NCBI GenBank assembly: GCA_965226555.1
Contig: CBDDDG010000012.1
Span: forward strand, 96,001 to 160,000
Reading direction: 5' to 3'
From: Salinispira sp.
Lineage (GTDB): Bacteria > Spirochaetota > Spirochaetia > DSM-27196 > Salinispiraceae
Length of the DNA: 64,000 nt
Shown here: piece after piece, positions 30,057-40,184 of the stretch
Numbering within the stretch: the first letter of the stretch is position 1
Layout: every line of letters begins with the position of its first letter
Made by a program: the position numbers and the translations under genes
Notes under the pieces: generated by a model
Told to the model about the DNA's origin: nothing
Seen by the model: only the letters and a program-made list of their open reading frames with translations
The model's database searches: none

Positions 30057-31634
30057 CTAATACCATGAGGGAATCAGATTACCTGTTACGCCGGAATCCA
30101 CAAACATACCGGTGTCTGTTCCGGTATATTTGCCAGCGCTATTAAGCGTAAGATGCTCCCCCCACTCTTCAAGATCCTGATTGAATGCCCTTGCTTGATT
30201 GAACATAGCGAGCATATCCGTTACCAAGCTGACATTCCAGCCGGAGATATCTCCATTGAATACGCTTGCCAACTGGAACATAGAGGTCATACCCGTTACC
30301 TTACTGACATCCCAGTCCGAGATATCGCCATTGAATTTGGCCGTTGCAGCGAACATACTGACCATATCTACTACCGTGCCAGTATTCCAGAGCGAGATAT
30401 CGCCATTGAATGCAGTTGCAGAACTGAACGTAGCGTTCATATTTGTTACCGCCGCAGTATCCCAGAGCGAGATATCGCCATTGAACATGCTATTATTTTT
30501 AAAAATATCGGACATATCCGTTACCGCAGTGGTAATAATGTAGTTGAAATCGGCAGTATTGCCCCATGTTGATATCCCCGTAGTTACCGCTGTTTTCAGT
30601 TCACCATTACCGCCGTCATCATCACCATCGCCACCAGCAGCAACAGCATCATCAGGACTCACGGTAACATAAAAATGTTCGGCAAAGAGTATGTCATCGG
30701 TTTCTGTTTTAATGCCGTATACCAGATATGTTCCTGCTGTTGTACCTGCGGTAACCCTAATCGTAGTACCGGTAAGCTGATCATAAGTCGGCAGGGTGAT
30801 CCCTGCGGGCGGAGGTACGAAGGTTGGCTCAATGTCTCCTTCTTTAACCGTGTGAGTGCCCGTTATCACATAAACGGCTGGTTTCTCACTGGCAATAATT
30901 TCATTAAGGGCAGCCGAAAGGTTTACATCCGCTGCCATATTCGCGGGAGTCTTTATCGCAGAATCTGTTGGTGTTTTCGTTGCGAGCATAGACCAGTCGC
31001 CATTGCCGATTTCATTGACAGCGCGCACCCGTACTTCGTAATCGGCGTCGTTTGTCAGGCCGTCAATGCTGTGATCGTGCTTGCCCGGTGCCGGAGCAAT
31101 TTCCGTCCATGATCCGTTGCCTGTGCGATACTGCAATTCGTACCCGGTAACGGGGCTGCCTCCGTCATCTTCCGGGGCAGTCCATAGAGCAACAAGCCGC
31201 CCAGTGCCCGCATAAAGGGTTGGGGCAACCGGCGCGTCAGGAACAGTAGCAGGGGGAGTTTCAGCGGCAGATTCCGACCAGTCGCCAGCGCCAATTTCAT
31301 TGACGGCGCGCACCTGTACGTCGTACTCGGCGGCCTTTGTCAGTCCGGTAATGGGGTAGCTTGTGTTTGTGCCGATGCCTTCGCTAATTTCTGTCCATTC
31401 TTCCTCGCCTGTGCGATATTGCAGATCATACGCGGTAATGGGGCTGCCGCCGTTGTTCGGCGCAGTCCATGTGGCAATGAGTTGCTCATTCCCCGCTTCA
31501 AGGGTTGGCGCAGCCATTGTGCCCGGCACAGTTGGCTCCGCCACCGGTTCCGGCATTGGACATCCAGCAATCAATACAATAAAAATTGCGCAGAATAGAA
31601 AAAAGATTGTTCCTTTGTATGACGTGATTCTCAT
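30057..31634 (-). CDS. Surface lipoprotein with two fibronectin type III domains and BspA/DUF285-like repeats
   Basis: Lipobox IAGC; W.AP..GGSP.T.Y.LQYR...VRAVN x2; FNGDIS.W.....T.M..MF repeats. Confidence 0.88.
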   Translation of the reverse strand: MRITSYKGTIFFLFCAIFIVLIAGCPMPEPVAEPTVPGTMAAPTLEAGNEQLIATWTAPNNGGSPITAYDLQYRTGEEEWTEISEGIGTNTSYPITGLTKAAEYDVQVRAVNEIGAGDWSESAAETPPATVPDAPVAPTLYAGTGRLVALWTAPEDDGGSPVTGYELQYRTGNGSWTEIAPAPGKHDHSIDGLTNDADYEVRVRAVNEIGNGDWSMLATKTPTDSAIKTPANMAADVNLSAALNEIIASEKPAVYVITGTHTVKEGDIEPTFVPPPAGITLPTYDQLTGTTIRVTAGTTAGTYLVYGIKTETDDILFAEHFYVTVSPDDAVAAGGDGDDDGGNGELKTAVTTGISTWGNTADFNYIITTAVTDMSDIFKNNSMFNGDISLWDTAAVTNMNATFSSATAFNGDISLWNTGTVVDMVSMFAATAKFNGDISDWDVSKVTGMTSMFQLASVFNGDISGWNVSLVTDMLAMFNQARAFNQDLEEWGEHLTLNSAGKYTGTDTGMFVDSGVTGNLIPSWY

Positions 31635-31813
31635 ATATTTTGCCTCCTAAAATGGCTAATATCAATTCAAAACTTTCTATAAGATTATAGTATCATGTTC
31701 AAAGAATCCATGCAATACAAACATCTTGCAAAACACAACATTCTTTCAAATTATTTCCAAAAACATAGTCAAGAATGACAGTTCTCCCGTTATAGATATA
31801 GCAGGAGATATTT

Positions 31814-32885
31814 ATGAAAAAATCATCCCACAGCACAGGCCACATCCACGACATAGCCTTCAAGATCGCCTACTACAGAACCCCCCGGATGATTCCCGAC
31901 CTGCTGCGGCTGTTCTGTGAGGATACAACGCTTGCCAATCTGGACATGGAAAAAATCCACATTGAAACCCCCAGCTACATTGCAGGAAAAAAGAACCTTC
32001 ACTGCGATCTCGTTGTCAGCGCCCCCTTCCTGTCAGACTCCGACCGGAAGTCCCTTTTTATTATTGAGCACAAAAGCTACCAGCACAAACATGCTCTCAC
32101 ACAGATTGATAACTATCAGTATGTCATCAGAAACAGCAATGTGTACAATGAAAAGGATGCTATCTATATATTACTGCTTTACCATGGAAAAAAGGAATGG
32201 AACCTCCCACGCGAATTTTACAGTTCGCATGGAAATCCAGCTTCCGAATCCATGACTGAAGGCACGGTAGATGTCAAGGTGAAAGTGTCGTACATTGTGC
32301 GCGATCTTTGTAGAATGAAAAAGGAGCAGTTGGCATGGCGTTTCGATGGAAAACAATATACATCGACTGCATTGTGGTATATAATGCGAGATAATAACAA
32401 AGTTTTTCCTAAAGGAAAAACTTTCTATACCGTGAGAGAATCAAGAATATAGATGAGAGAATCCTCATTTGAAAATTGTGCAGAGCACAATTTTCAGTGA
32501 GATGAATGTTGAGGGGCTGAAAGAGATTGCGCGGCTCCTAAACGGTCTGTCATCACAAGACTTTACTGATCTAGCAGAGAGTGTGTTAGGCTATCTAAAA
32601 GATTTGGGACTGTATGAACAGTTTGAGAAAATTAACAGGGAAGTATATCCTGAAGGAGAAAACAGTATGCGGACATATAACATAACCAACGCCTTCGTCA
32701 GGGAAGGCATGGAGAAAGGTATTCTGAAAGGTCGTGTTGAGGGGCTTGAACAGGGGCAAGCTCAGCTCCAGCGTGAACAGGTACCCCAAATGCTTAAGGA
32801 TGGTCTGTCGATAGACCGTATTCGTAAGTACACTAAGCTCAGCGATGATGAAATTCAAGCATTTCAGAAAAACGGACAGGGATAA
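31814..32885 (+). pseudogene. Rpn/YhgA-like copy 4, frameshifted by a type B mini-element; C-terminal mini-ORF 32667-32885 intact
   Basis: 103-bp insertion 32395-32497; different tail (QVPQMLKDGLSIDRIRKYTKLSDDEI). Confidence 0.9.
32395..32497. mobile_element. Hairpin mini-element (type B)
   Basis: Same site as, and nearly identical to, 20180-20282. Confidence 0.9.
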
Positions 32886-32948
32886 TAGCGCTGGCATATA
32901 TAGCGGAAACAAAACTTCTGCGCATATTCTTTTATGCGCGGAAAACCG

Positions 32949-33022
32949 GGGGGTGTAGCTCAGTTGGCTAGAGCACTTGCATGGCATGCAAGGGGTCACG
33001 GGTTCAAGTCCCGTCACCTCCA
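32949..33022 (+). tRNA. tRNA-Ala(GGC)
   Basis: Acceptor GGGGGTG/CACCTCC with G3:U70, anticodon arm CTTGC-ATGGCAT-GCAAG, T-loop GGTTCAAGTCC; CCA not encoded. Confidence 0.97.
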
Positions 33023-33028
33023 GAAATA

Positions 33029-33100
33029 TCATAAAGTTTTGCTACTGGAAATTGTGCTTGCACAATTTTCCAAGGAAAAACTCAATGCAAAACTTTCTCG
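33029..33100. repeat. Nested-hairpin mini-element directly downstream of tRNA-Ala
   Basis: aaagttttgc-tactggaaattgtgcttgcacaattttcc-...-gcaaaacttt; largely the reverse complement of 16481-16535. Confidence 0.85.
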
Positions 33101-33112
33101 TATTATCCCATT

Positions 33113-35158
33113 ATGAATATACATAATTCACCAGATCGGCTGAGCGGTATTCTTATTCCTCTTTTTTCATTGCGAAGTCCTGAATCGCCCGGAAGCGGAG
33201 ATTTTTTGAGCCTTATTGAGCTTGGTCGGTGGTGTGTTGAGGCGGGAGTTGATATTATTCAGCTTCTGCCGGTGAACGATAGCGGTACGGATCCATCGCC
33301 CTACAGCGCTCTGAGTGCCTATGCGCTGCATCCGCTGTACCTTCGAATGAGCGCCCTGCCGGAGTATGGGGCGCTTTCGGGGGCGGAGAAAACAGCGCTT
33401 GAACCCGCCATGGGCAGGCTGCGGGAATACGATGCGGGGGAACGTTTTTCGTATCGTAATGTTCTCGACTGTAAGCAGAAAATTCTCAAGGATGTGTTTC
33501 AGTACCGGACAAAGGCGATTGTGGAAAATACAGATTTTCAGCATTGGATTGATATGAATTGCTGGGTAATGGAGTATTCGGTGTTTCGGAGCATTAAGGC
33601 GGAGCATGAATCCCGATCGTGGCTGGAATGGGAGCATCATCGAAATCCCACCGAAGAGGAAATTGAGGAATTGTGGCAGTCGGAAAGATACAGGGAATCG
33701 AACCGGTTTTTTGCATGGCTGCAATATCGGCTGGAGCAGCAGTTTCTGGAGGCGGCGGGTGCGCTCAGGGAGCTCGGAATAGCGCTGAAGGGTGATATCC
33801 CCATTCTCATGAATGACGATAGTGTTGATGTTTGGGCGCGCCGGGAATTTTTTCATTGTGATCTTCGGGCGGGCGCGCCGCCGGATATGTTTTCCAAGCG
33901 TGGGCAGAATTGGGGCTTTCCCATATATAATTGGGAGGCGCTGAAGGAGCGCGGCTATGGCTGGTGGAAACTTCGGCTCCGGCAGGCAGCAAAATTCTAC
34001 TCGGCATACCGTATAGACCACGTTCTGGGCTTTTTCCGAATATGGACAATTCATCAGTCGCATACGACGGGCGCGCTCGGCTACTTTGTGCCTGCCTGCC
34101 GCATTAGCAGGCAGGAGCTCCATGAAATTGCTTTCGATGATGCGCGCATACAATGGCTTGCCGAACCGCATGTACGCCGAGACCAGCTGGAGCATGCGCT
34201 GGGCGATGCGCTGCGGGGCGATGCGTTGCGGGGCGATGCGTTGCGGGGGCGGACGGAGGATGTTATTTCTGTCTGTTTTCGGCAATTACCCGGTGAGAAT
34301 GTGTATCTTTTTACAGAGGATATTCAGGGTGAAAAAAGCATACTGGCGCTGCCCTTCGATGATGATGTAAAGCAGGCGCTGCTGGAAATGTATTGGGATC
34401 GCGCGCTTATCTGCGTGGGAACAGATCAGTTTTCGGCAGCATGGCATTTTCATTCCTGTAGCCGTTACAGTGATCTTAGTGAAGGGGAGAAAACCGCATT
34501 TGAGCGAATTGTCGCTGAAAAACATAGCGAAAATGAGCGATTGTGGGAGGGGCGCGGGGAAGAGCTTCTCGCGTTCATACGAAAGGAAGTTGATCTATTA
34601 TGCTGTGCCGAAGATTTAGGCGCGGTTCCGGACTGTGTGCCGGGTGTACTCGACAGGCTTGGTATTCTCGGGCTGAAAATTCCACGATGGGAGAGAAGAG
34701 GGGAGACCTTCATTCCGCCTGAGCAGTATCCGGCCAATACGGTCTGCGCTCCCTCCGTTCACGATACGAGCACCATCCGCGAATGGTGGGAATACGGGGA
34801 TGGACACGAGGATGCCCATAAGAACAGCAGAGAAGCCTTCTGGCAGATGCTCTACCCGGGGAAGCCCTGCCCGGAGGAATACAGCTCCGAGACTGCGGAA
34901 AGGGTCATACGGAGGCTCCTCGATGCGCGGTCGAAAATTATTGTGTTTCAGATTCAGGATATCTTCGCGCTTGATCAGAAGTATCATGTTGATGATTCAC
35001 GAACAGAACGCATGAACATTCCCGGAACCGTACAGGAAAGTAATTGGTCGTACCGCCTGCCCATGAGCATACAGGAGCTGAGGCGCAATGCAGTATTCAC
35101 CGTGAAAATACGCAGCCTGCTCGCAGGTCGGGTGGTGCGGAAAATCGGCGGGCGGTGA
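33113..35158 (+). CDS. malQ: 4-alpha-glucanotransferase (GH77)
   Basis: SPYSALS, KGDIPI, GAPPD, GQNWGFP, RIDHVLGFFR, AEDLG, VHD. Confidence 0.95.
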   Translation: MNIHNSPDRLSGILIPLFSLRSPESPGSGDFLSLIELGRWCVEAGVDIIQLLPVNDSGTDPSPYSALSAYALHPLYLRMSALPEYGALSGAEKTALEPAMGRLREYDAGERFSYRNVLDCKQKILKDVFQYRTKAIVENTDFQHWIDMNCWVMEYSVFRSIKAEHESRSWLEWEHHRNPTEEEIEELWQSERYRESNRFFAWLQYRLEQQFLEAAGALRELGIALKGDIPILMNDDSVDVWARREFFHCDLRAGAPPDMFSKRGQNWGFPIYNWEALKERGYGWWKLRLRQAAKFYSAYRIDHVLGFFRIWTIHQSHTTGALGYFVPACRISRQELHEIAFDDARIQWLAEPHVRRDQLEHALGDALRGDALRGDALRGRTEDVISVCFRQLPGENVYLFTEDIQGEKSILALPFDDDVKQALLEMYWDRALICVGTDQFSAAWHFHSCSRYSDLSEGEKTAFERIVAEKHSENERLWEGRGEELLAFIRKEVDLLCCAEDLGAVPDCVPGVLDRLGILGLKIPRWERRGETFIPPEQYPANTVCAPSVHDTSTIREWWEYGDGHEDAHKNSREAFWQMLYPGKPCPEEYSSETAERVIRRLLDARSKIIVFQIQDIFALDQKYHVDDSRTERMNIPGTVQESNWSYRLPMSIQELRRNAVFTVKIRSLLAGRVVRKIGGR

Positions 35159-35206
35159 GTGCTGCAGGTGCGCGGGCGGCACAGGGCGGGCGGTGAGCGC
35201 TGCGCC

Positions 35207-36454
35207 TTAGTTGGGTGTTTTCTTCCGGTAGAGTGTGGTTTTCAGATAGTCAGTAGTTGCCTCGAAGACCGGGTCTGTTTCATTCAGGTTCTGCATGAGG
35301 GGAATTATCTTGGTTCGCACGCCCATTCCGCGGGAATCGATATAGCCATAGTCGCGGAGAATGTCCGTTATGAGGGTATTTCGCGGGGAGCGCTGTCCGG
35401 CGATCATTTTGTCAATGGTCATGGCATTTTGCAGCTTTCCCGGGCTGATGACCTCCAATCGATCTGAATAATTTGTTACTTCAATATCGACCGATCTTGT
35501 CCAGTCCCGATGAGCCAGCGCATTAATTACTGTTTCCCGAACGGCTTCCCATGGATAATAAAAAGTCTTATCTCTCCGCATAAATTCATTTATTTCATCG
35601 GCTTCGAGGGTAATAAATGGCGCTATCGCAGACGAAAACTTTTCAATGAGTCCATCGTCAATTAACTGCCTGTGGTTTGTTCCCGCCATTTCCCAGCGGC
35701 CGACCAGCGGGGCGTCAATACGCGTATCGAGCTGAGAGCGGTAGGTTTTATCATCGCCGGAAAAAGACATAACCCGCAGTCCGGCCTGACCGAGATATCG
35801 GCGGGGGGAAATGCCGAAGCAGAGCAATCCGGCAATTGAACACACCGAGTTGCCCAAAGCATCCTGAGCCATGAGCCCAAGCCCCGACAGCCGTTTTATC
35901 CACTCTGAATCGCTTTCGGGAATCTCCGGGTCTCCAATAATTGCCCGCAGATAGTAGGTGAGCCGGGTTTTATCCATGTTCAATACCGAGGTGCCCGGAA
36001 CAGGCAGAATTTCAACATGAAGAATGCCTCCGCTTTCGAAAAGGCGCAATTGCTGCTCACGGCTTGCAATTTCAGATCGATTCGCCATGCGTATATAAAT
36101 ATCTTCGCGGTTATTATGGCGCAGTGCATAGGGTTTTGATATTCCCGCCGCAATTGAAATTACTCCAACGCGTATGCCCGATTCTATGTGTATTTCTTCA
36201 TAAAAGGGAATAATTTGCGGATGCACCTTGTCCCTGAAGACATTTAAGACCCATTCCTGAGTATCGGTGCCGGCGCGTTGGAGTCCGGTACATTGTCCAT
36301 TGTCTTCCACGCCTAAAAATATTCGTCCGCCTTGAACATTTGCAAATGCGGCAATTTCCTTTGCCAACTGCTCCGGGCGAATATCATCTCTCTTGAACTC
36401 CACACCGGAATTTTCGCCATTACTAATAATTTCCAGCAACTCAGATTTTAGCAT
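35207..36454 (-). CDS. AlbA_2/Schlafen domain protein with RecG-C-like (HATPase_c_4) domain
   Basis: GENSGVEFKR, AFAN..GG.IFLGVEDNG, RE...NALAHRD, RGMG. Confidence 0.85.
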   Translation of the reverse strand: MLKSELLEIISNGENSGVEFKRDDIRPEQLAKEIAAFANVQGGRIFLGVEDNGQCTGLQRAGTDTQEWVLNVFRDKVHPQIIPFYEEIHIESGIRVGVISIAAGISKPYALRHNNREDIYIRMANRSEIASREQQLRLFESGGILHVEILPVPGTSVLNMDKTRLTYYLRAIIGDPEIPESDSEWIKRLSGLGLMAQDALGNSVCSIAGLLCFGISPRRYLGQAGLRVMSFSGDDKTYRSQLDTRIDAPLVGRWEMAGTNHRQLIDDGLIEKFSSAIAPFITLEADEINEFMRRDKTFYYPWEAVRETVINALAHRDWTRSVDIEVTNYSDRLEVISPGKLQNAMTIDKMIAGQRSPRNTLITDILRDYGYIDSRGMGVRTKIIPLMQNLNETDPVFEATTDYLKTTLYRKKTPN

Positions 36455-36460
36455 AATTCC

Positions 36461-37321
36461 TCAGTGGAAGATGACGGTTTTGTTTTGAAACACGAGGACG
36501 CGGTGCTGCAGATGAAGCATAACCGCGCGTTCGAGCACTGCGCGTTCGAGGTTTCGCCCGGCGCGCATAATGTCGGTCACGGAGTCCCTGTGAGATATGC
36601 GGGTTACGTCCTGCTCAATAATTGGTCCTTCATCCAGATCGGCAGTGGCATAATGGCTTGTGGCGCCGATAATTTTGACACCGCGTTTGTATGCCTGATG
36701 ATAGGGGCGCGCGCCAATGAAGGCGGGAAGGAAGCTATGATGAATGTTGATGATACGGTTCGGAAAGGAGTGTATGAACTGTGTAGAAAGAATTTGCATA
36801 TAGCGGGCGAGAATGACAGTATCTACCCCAAGCTGTGAGAGCCGTTCGATCTGCTCCCGTTCTGCCGTCTGGCGGGTGTCGGGAGAGACGGGAATGTGGT
36901 AGAAGGGAACGCCAAACCATTGAGCGGTGTCGGCTGCGGTGGGGTGATTACTTACAACAGCGGCAACTTCAGCCGGAATTTCTCCTTCCCGATGCCGGAG
37001 GAGAAGATCATAGAGGCAGTATAATTCCCGGGAAACAAATATGGCTATGCGCTGTACATTGTTTGAAAAATGGAGATACCAATCCATATTAAAGCGGTCG
37101 GCAAGTGGACGGAAATTTTCTGTGAGATCATGTTCTGACAGATCAAAATTATTCAGATCCCATTCCATGCGCATGAAAAAAGTTCCACTTTCGTCATCAT
37201 AGTACTGACTGGAATCTATGATATTTCCGTTATGTTGATGAATAAAACCTGAAATTGCCGCAACAATTCCCTTGCGATCGGGACAGGAAAAAAGAAGAAC
37301 AGCACGTGAATGAGTTTTCAT
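36461..37321 (-). CDS. purU: Formyltetrahydrofolate deformylase
   Basis: CPDRKGIV, LARYMQILS, INIHHSFLP, DLDEGPIIEQ. Confidence 0.96.
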   Translation of the reverse strand: MKTHSRAVLLFSCPDRKGIVAAISGFIHQHNGNIIDSSQYYDDESGTFFMRMEWDLNNFDLSEHDLTENFRPLADRFNMDWYLHFSNNVQRIAIFVSRELYCLYDLLLRHREGEIPAEVAAVVSNHPTAADTAQWFGVPFYHIPVSPDTRQTAEREQIERLSQLGVDTVILARYMQILSTQFIHSFPNRIINIHHSFLPAFIGARPYHQAYKRGVKIIGATSHYATADLDEGPIIEQDVTRISHRDSVTDIMRAGRNLERAVLERAVMLHLQHRVLVFQNKTVIFH

Positions 37322-37401
37322 ATCTATAAAATTCCTTCCTTTTTTCCTATTATACTATCAGAAATTTTTACATTGATAAAGGAAAAAATGGGCAGCTGGG
37401 T

Positions 37402-38652
37402 GGGATATTAAGGTTTGAACAGACCCCACTTTGACCTATTATGCGATCATTTCTTCCGAGTGCCAAGCCCTCCATCGCTCAAGCGTCGGCCGTGTGAGCC
37501 GTTGCTCCATTATGATCGGCTTGAGCCGGAGAATATCACTATCCACATTGGTATTCCGTTGCCTCAAAAGATCCAGCGGAGTCCCTTTTCGGTAGGTGTT
37601 GAACCGCCGGTAATTGAAATCTATCTGATACTCCTCGGCTTCCTTAAGAAACTCATTGAGCTTTGGATTCATCACCTGACTGTAGAACTCATCCTCAATG
37701 AGCCGGTGCGAGGACTCGACAGAACTGTTCCATGTGCAATGCCCGGGCGGAATACGCCGATACTCGACACCCGCCTGTATGAGCGCCTGCTCAAACCCCG
37801 ATGTTCGGGTTTTGCTCAGATGTCGAACGGTGAACTCTGCCCCGTTATCGGTCTGAACCGTTATGTCCTTGGCAAGGTCTCCGTCATGATTCCGCAGGTG
37901 CTCCAGCAGGTACTCGGCGAACAAGGTTGTTACCATACTGCTCTTCTCATTGGCAAAGGCGTACCACAGAGCCCCTGTCGCCCGATCCCGGGCAGTTATC
38001 TGGTACTTCGGAACGTCTAAACACTTCTGAGAAAACCGCATAGCGGGAATGTCCGTCAGATACTTGATATCAATCTGAATGCACTCGCCGAACTTCATCC
38101 TGTCGGTTACCTCCCGCAAATCTCTCTTGGGCCGCGCCTTCGGCTTCTTTGTTTTCTGCGCCCCTATCTGCTTTAGCGTCTTGATAATCGTCGGCAGGCT
38201 GTACTTCCCGCCAACTTCCGCCTTCAACTGCTTTTGCACCTGCGTTCCAATGATTTTGTTGTGATTCCGATTCTTGGTCTGGACAAGACTCTCGAGATGA
38301 CACCGGTGCCCGAATTTCATCTTCATCGGATGATTGGTCGTGCCCCGCTTTTTGTCTTCAAGCCCCTCGCCGGATTCAAAGCGCCGAACCCACCGCCGCA
38401 CCGTGTTGCGCGACACCTCGAACTCCCGAGCAGCCGCCTTGATCGAATGCTCCTGGGCATACCGAACCATCCGCAACCGCCAATCATACATCGAAGCCGC
38501 CTGATACTTCCGAGACTTGAGATGATACTGAGAATATGTGATACTACTGTTCACTGTTTCCCTCCTTTTATGTTTTATACAACCCCCCAGTGTATACGAA
38601 TAACCTTCGTTTTACACTGGGGAGGAGGGGTCTGTCCAAAGGTTTATATCCC
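37402..38652 (-). mobile_element. IS481-like insertion sequence (1251 bp) with 26-bp imperfect IRs and 18-bp flanking direct repeats
   Basis: IRs GGGATATTAAGGTTTGAACAGACCCC / GGGATATAAACCTTTGGACAGACCCC; AAAAATGGGCAGCTGGGT at 37384-37401 and 38653-38670. Confidence 0.92.
37439..38554 (-). CDS. DDE transposase (HTH + integrase core, IS481-like)
   Basis: AAREFEVSRNTVRRW, IQIDIK, QTDNGAEF, N..VESSH; RBS AGGAGG before GTG. Confidence 0.92.
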   Translation of the reverse strand: MNSSITYSQYHLKSRKYQAASMYDWRLRMVRYAQEHSIKAAAREFEVSRNTVRRWVRRFESGEGLEDKKRGTTNHPMKMKFGHRCHLESLVQTKNRNHNKIIGTQVQKQLKAEVGGKYSLPTIIKTLKQIGAQKTKKPKARPKRDLREVTDRMKFGECIQIDIKYLTDIPAMRFSQKCLDVPKYQITARDRATGALWYAFANEKSSMVTTLFAEYLLEHLRNHDGDLAKDITVQTDNGAEFTVRHLSKTRTSGFEQALIQAGVEYRRIPPGHCTWNSSVESSHRLIEDEFYSQVMNPKLNEFLKEAEEYQIDFNYRRFNTYRKGTPLDLLRQRNTNVDSDILRLKPIIMEQRLTRPTLERWRAWHSEEMIA

Positions 38653-38709
38653 AAAAATGGGCAGCTGGGTGAGTTGACATAAAATTATTTTTGATTATGC
38701 TAGACCATA

Positions 38710-40014
38710 GTGGATCCTGAAAAACCGCTATTTCCGCGATGCAGTGTTAAATACCCGTGTTTCCAGAGCTTCCCTATAGATAAATCCATGTTTGAAAGTA
38801 TTATTGCCATTGCCCAAAAAATAAATTTTTCTCAGCAGACCAGAATGAACGCGCTCCTCGCAAGTAATGTCCTTCGTAGGGAATTGCTACATTCCGATAT
38901 TATCAAAATGTTTATTGATCCACATTTTGACAAAGACGGACAACGGTTGCGGTTCTTTTTGGAAGCGGTTGGAAAAAAATCTCTCGGACGCACGCGAAAA
39001 AACATTTCATTGCCAAAACATGTTACAAAATCGCGGGTGCCCAATGTGTACGTTCGCAGGGAATATGAGAATATTGATATTCTCATTACATACAGAGCTA
39101 AAAATAACAGGCCCATTGCTATCATTATTGAAAACAAAATTGATGCTCCCGATCAGGACAGACAACTTGAGAGATATATTAGTACAATGCAAGATGAAGG
39201 ATATAACGAAGTAGGGTCGGACATTTTCCCCATCTATTTATCTCTAACTGGTAAGGAACCAGAACAGAAATCTATTGGAAACTACGACATAGATAATATT
39301 ATTATGTGTTCGTACGAAGAGCATATTCGGTCGTGGCTTGATGAATGTACTTTACATGAACAGGATAATTATATGAAGAGTAATGTAACCATGTATAAGG
39401 AAATGGTGGAGGTTTTGATGAGTGATGAGAAAAACAAATGGGAAGCAGTTGAGGCTGTTTTCAATGCGGCTGACATAAAGGAGCCGAAGCAATTAGAATT
39501 ATTGACCGATGCGGTTCGGAGAAAAGCACAGGTAAGGTTCTTGCAGAAGCTTTGCGGGGAGCTTTCAAGAAGAATAAAAAAACTTCCTAGAGTCAGTAAA
39601 TACGCATATACTTCAAAGGCATCAATTGAGAGGCAGGCGAAGGCTTCAGATGAATACGGGTTCAGCTTTCAAATAGCTGCAAATCTTTTATGGTCTGTTA
39701 AATTTGACTGGAGTAATAAAAAATATTTTTTGTTTACTGGTTTACAACCGATTCCAGAAGGAGAAATTGATGAGGAAATAAGAAAAAAAATCATCAAAGC
39801 AGTCATGCCAAAAAAATACTCTCATTATAAGAGGAATGACGATCACTGGTATATTCGGTCAGATACCTATGATTTGGAGATGTCATTCCGTCGCGATGAG
39901 GAGACGAAGAATGCATCTGTAAAAGATTGGGAAGATTGGGCGCATGAATATGCAGATTATTTCTATGATAATTTAGTGGAGTGTTGCGAATTGGCAAAGA
40001 GTGCTTCGAAATGA
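38710..40014 (+). CDS. PD-(D/E)XK nuclease superfamily protein (PDDEXK_4-like); start may be 38788
   Basis: RE..NIDILI...IIIENKIDAPDQDRQLERY; TTGACA-16-TATGCT upstream. Confidence 0.8.
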   Translation: MDPEKPLFPRCSVKYPCFQSFPIDKSMFESIIAIAQKINFSQQTRMNALLASNVLRRELLHSDIIKMFIDPHFDKDGQRLRFFLEAVGKKSLGRTRKNISLPKHVTKSRVPNVYVRREYENIDILITYRAKNNRPIAIIIENKIDAPDQDRQLERYISTMQDEGYNEVGSDIFPIYLSLTGKEPEQKSIGNYDIDNIIMCSYEEHIRSWLDECTLHEQDNYMKSNVTMYKEMVEVLMSDEKNKWEAVEAVFNAADIKEPKQLELLTDAVRRKAQVRFLQKLCGELSRRIKKLPRVSKYAYTSKASIERQAKASDEYGFSFQIAANLLWSVKFDWSNKKYFLFTGLQPIPEGEIDEEIRKKIIKAVMPKKYSHYKRNDDHWYIRSDTYDLEMSFRRDEETKNASVKDWEDWAHEYADYFYDNLVECCELAKSASK

Positions 40015-40118
40015 ACATGAATCTCTGAACCCAACATTCCTGCTTTCGCATATGTGAAAGAAAACGGTGTCGGAATCATCAAAAGCCGCGAATGCGCAAT
40101 TCCTTCAGAAACAGCATA

Positions 40119-40146
40119 CAGAAAATTTTGCCCAAAAAATTTTCTG
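40119..40146. repeat. Short TA-flanked hairpin between convergent genes (same family; may act as terminator)
   Basis: TA-CAGAAAATTTTGCCCAAAAAATTTTCTG-TA. Confidence 0.6.
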
Positions 40147-40184
40147 TATTAAAATATTTTTTCAATCCACCATCAACATTAAAT

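Noticed and set aside
32949..33022. tRNA-Ala as an integration site for an island
   Set aside because: No integrase and no duplicated tRNA 3' end found in the window.
33167..34285. 372-aa minus-strand ORF and other long antisense ORFs
   Set aside because: Opposite well-supported genes (malQ, jetD, polA) with no recognisable motifs.
37415..38020. 201-aa plus-strand ORF sharing its N-terminus with the Fic ORF
   Set aside because: Antisense shadow of the transposase; the shared sequence is the IS end.
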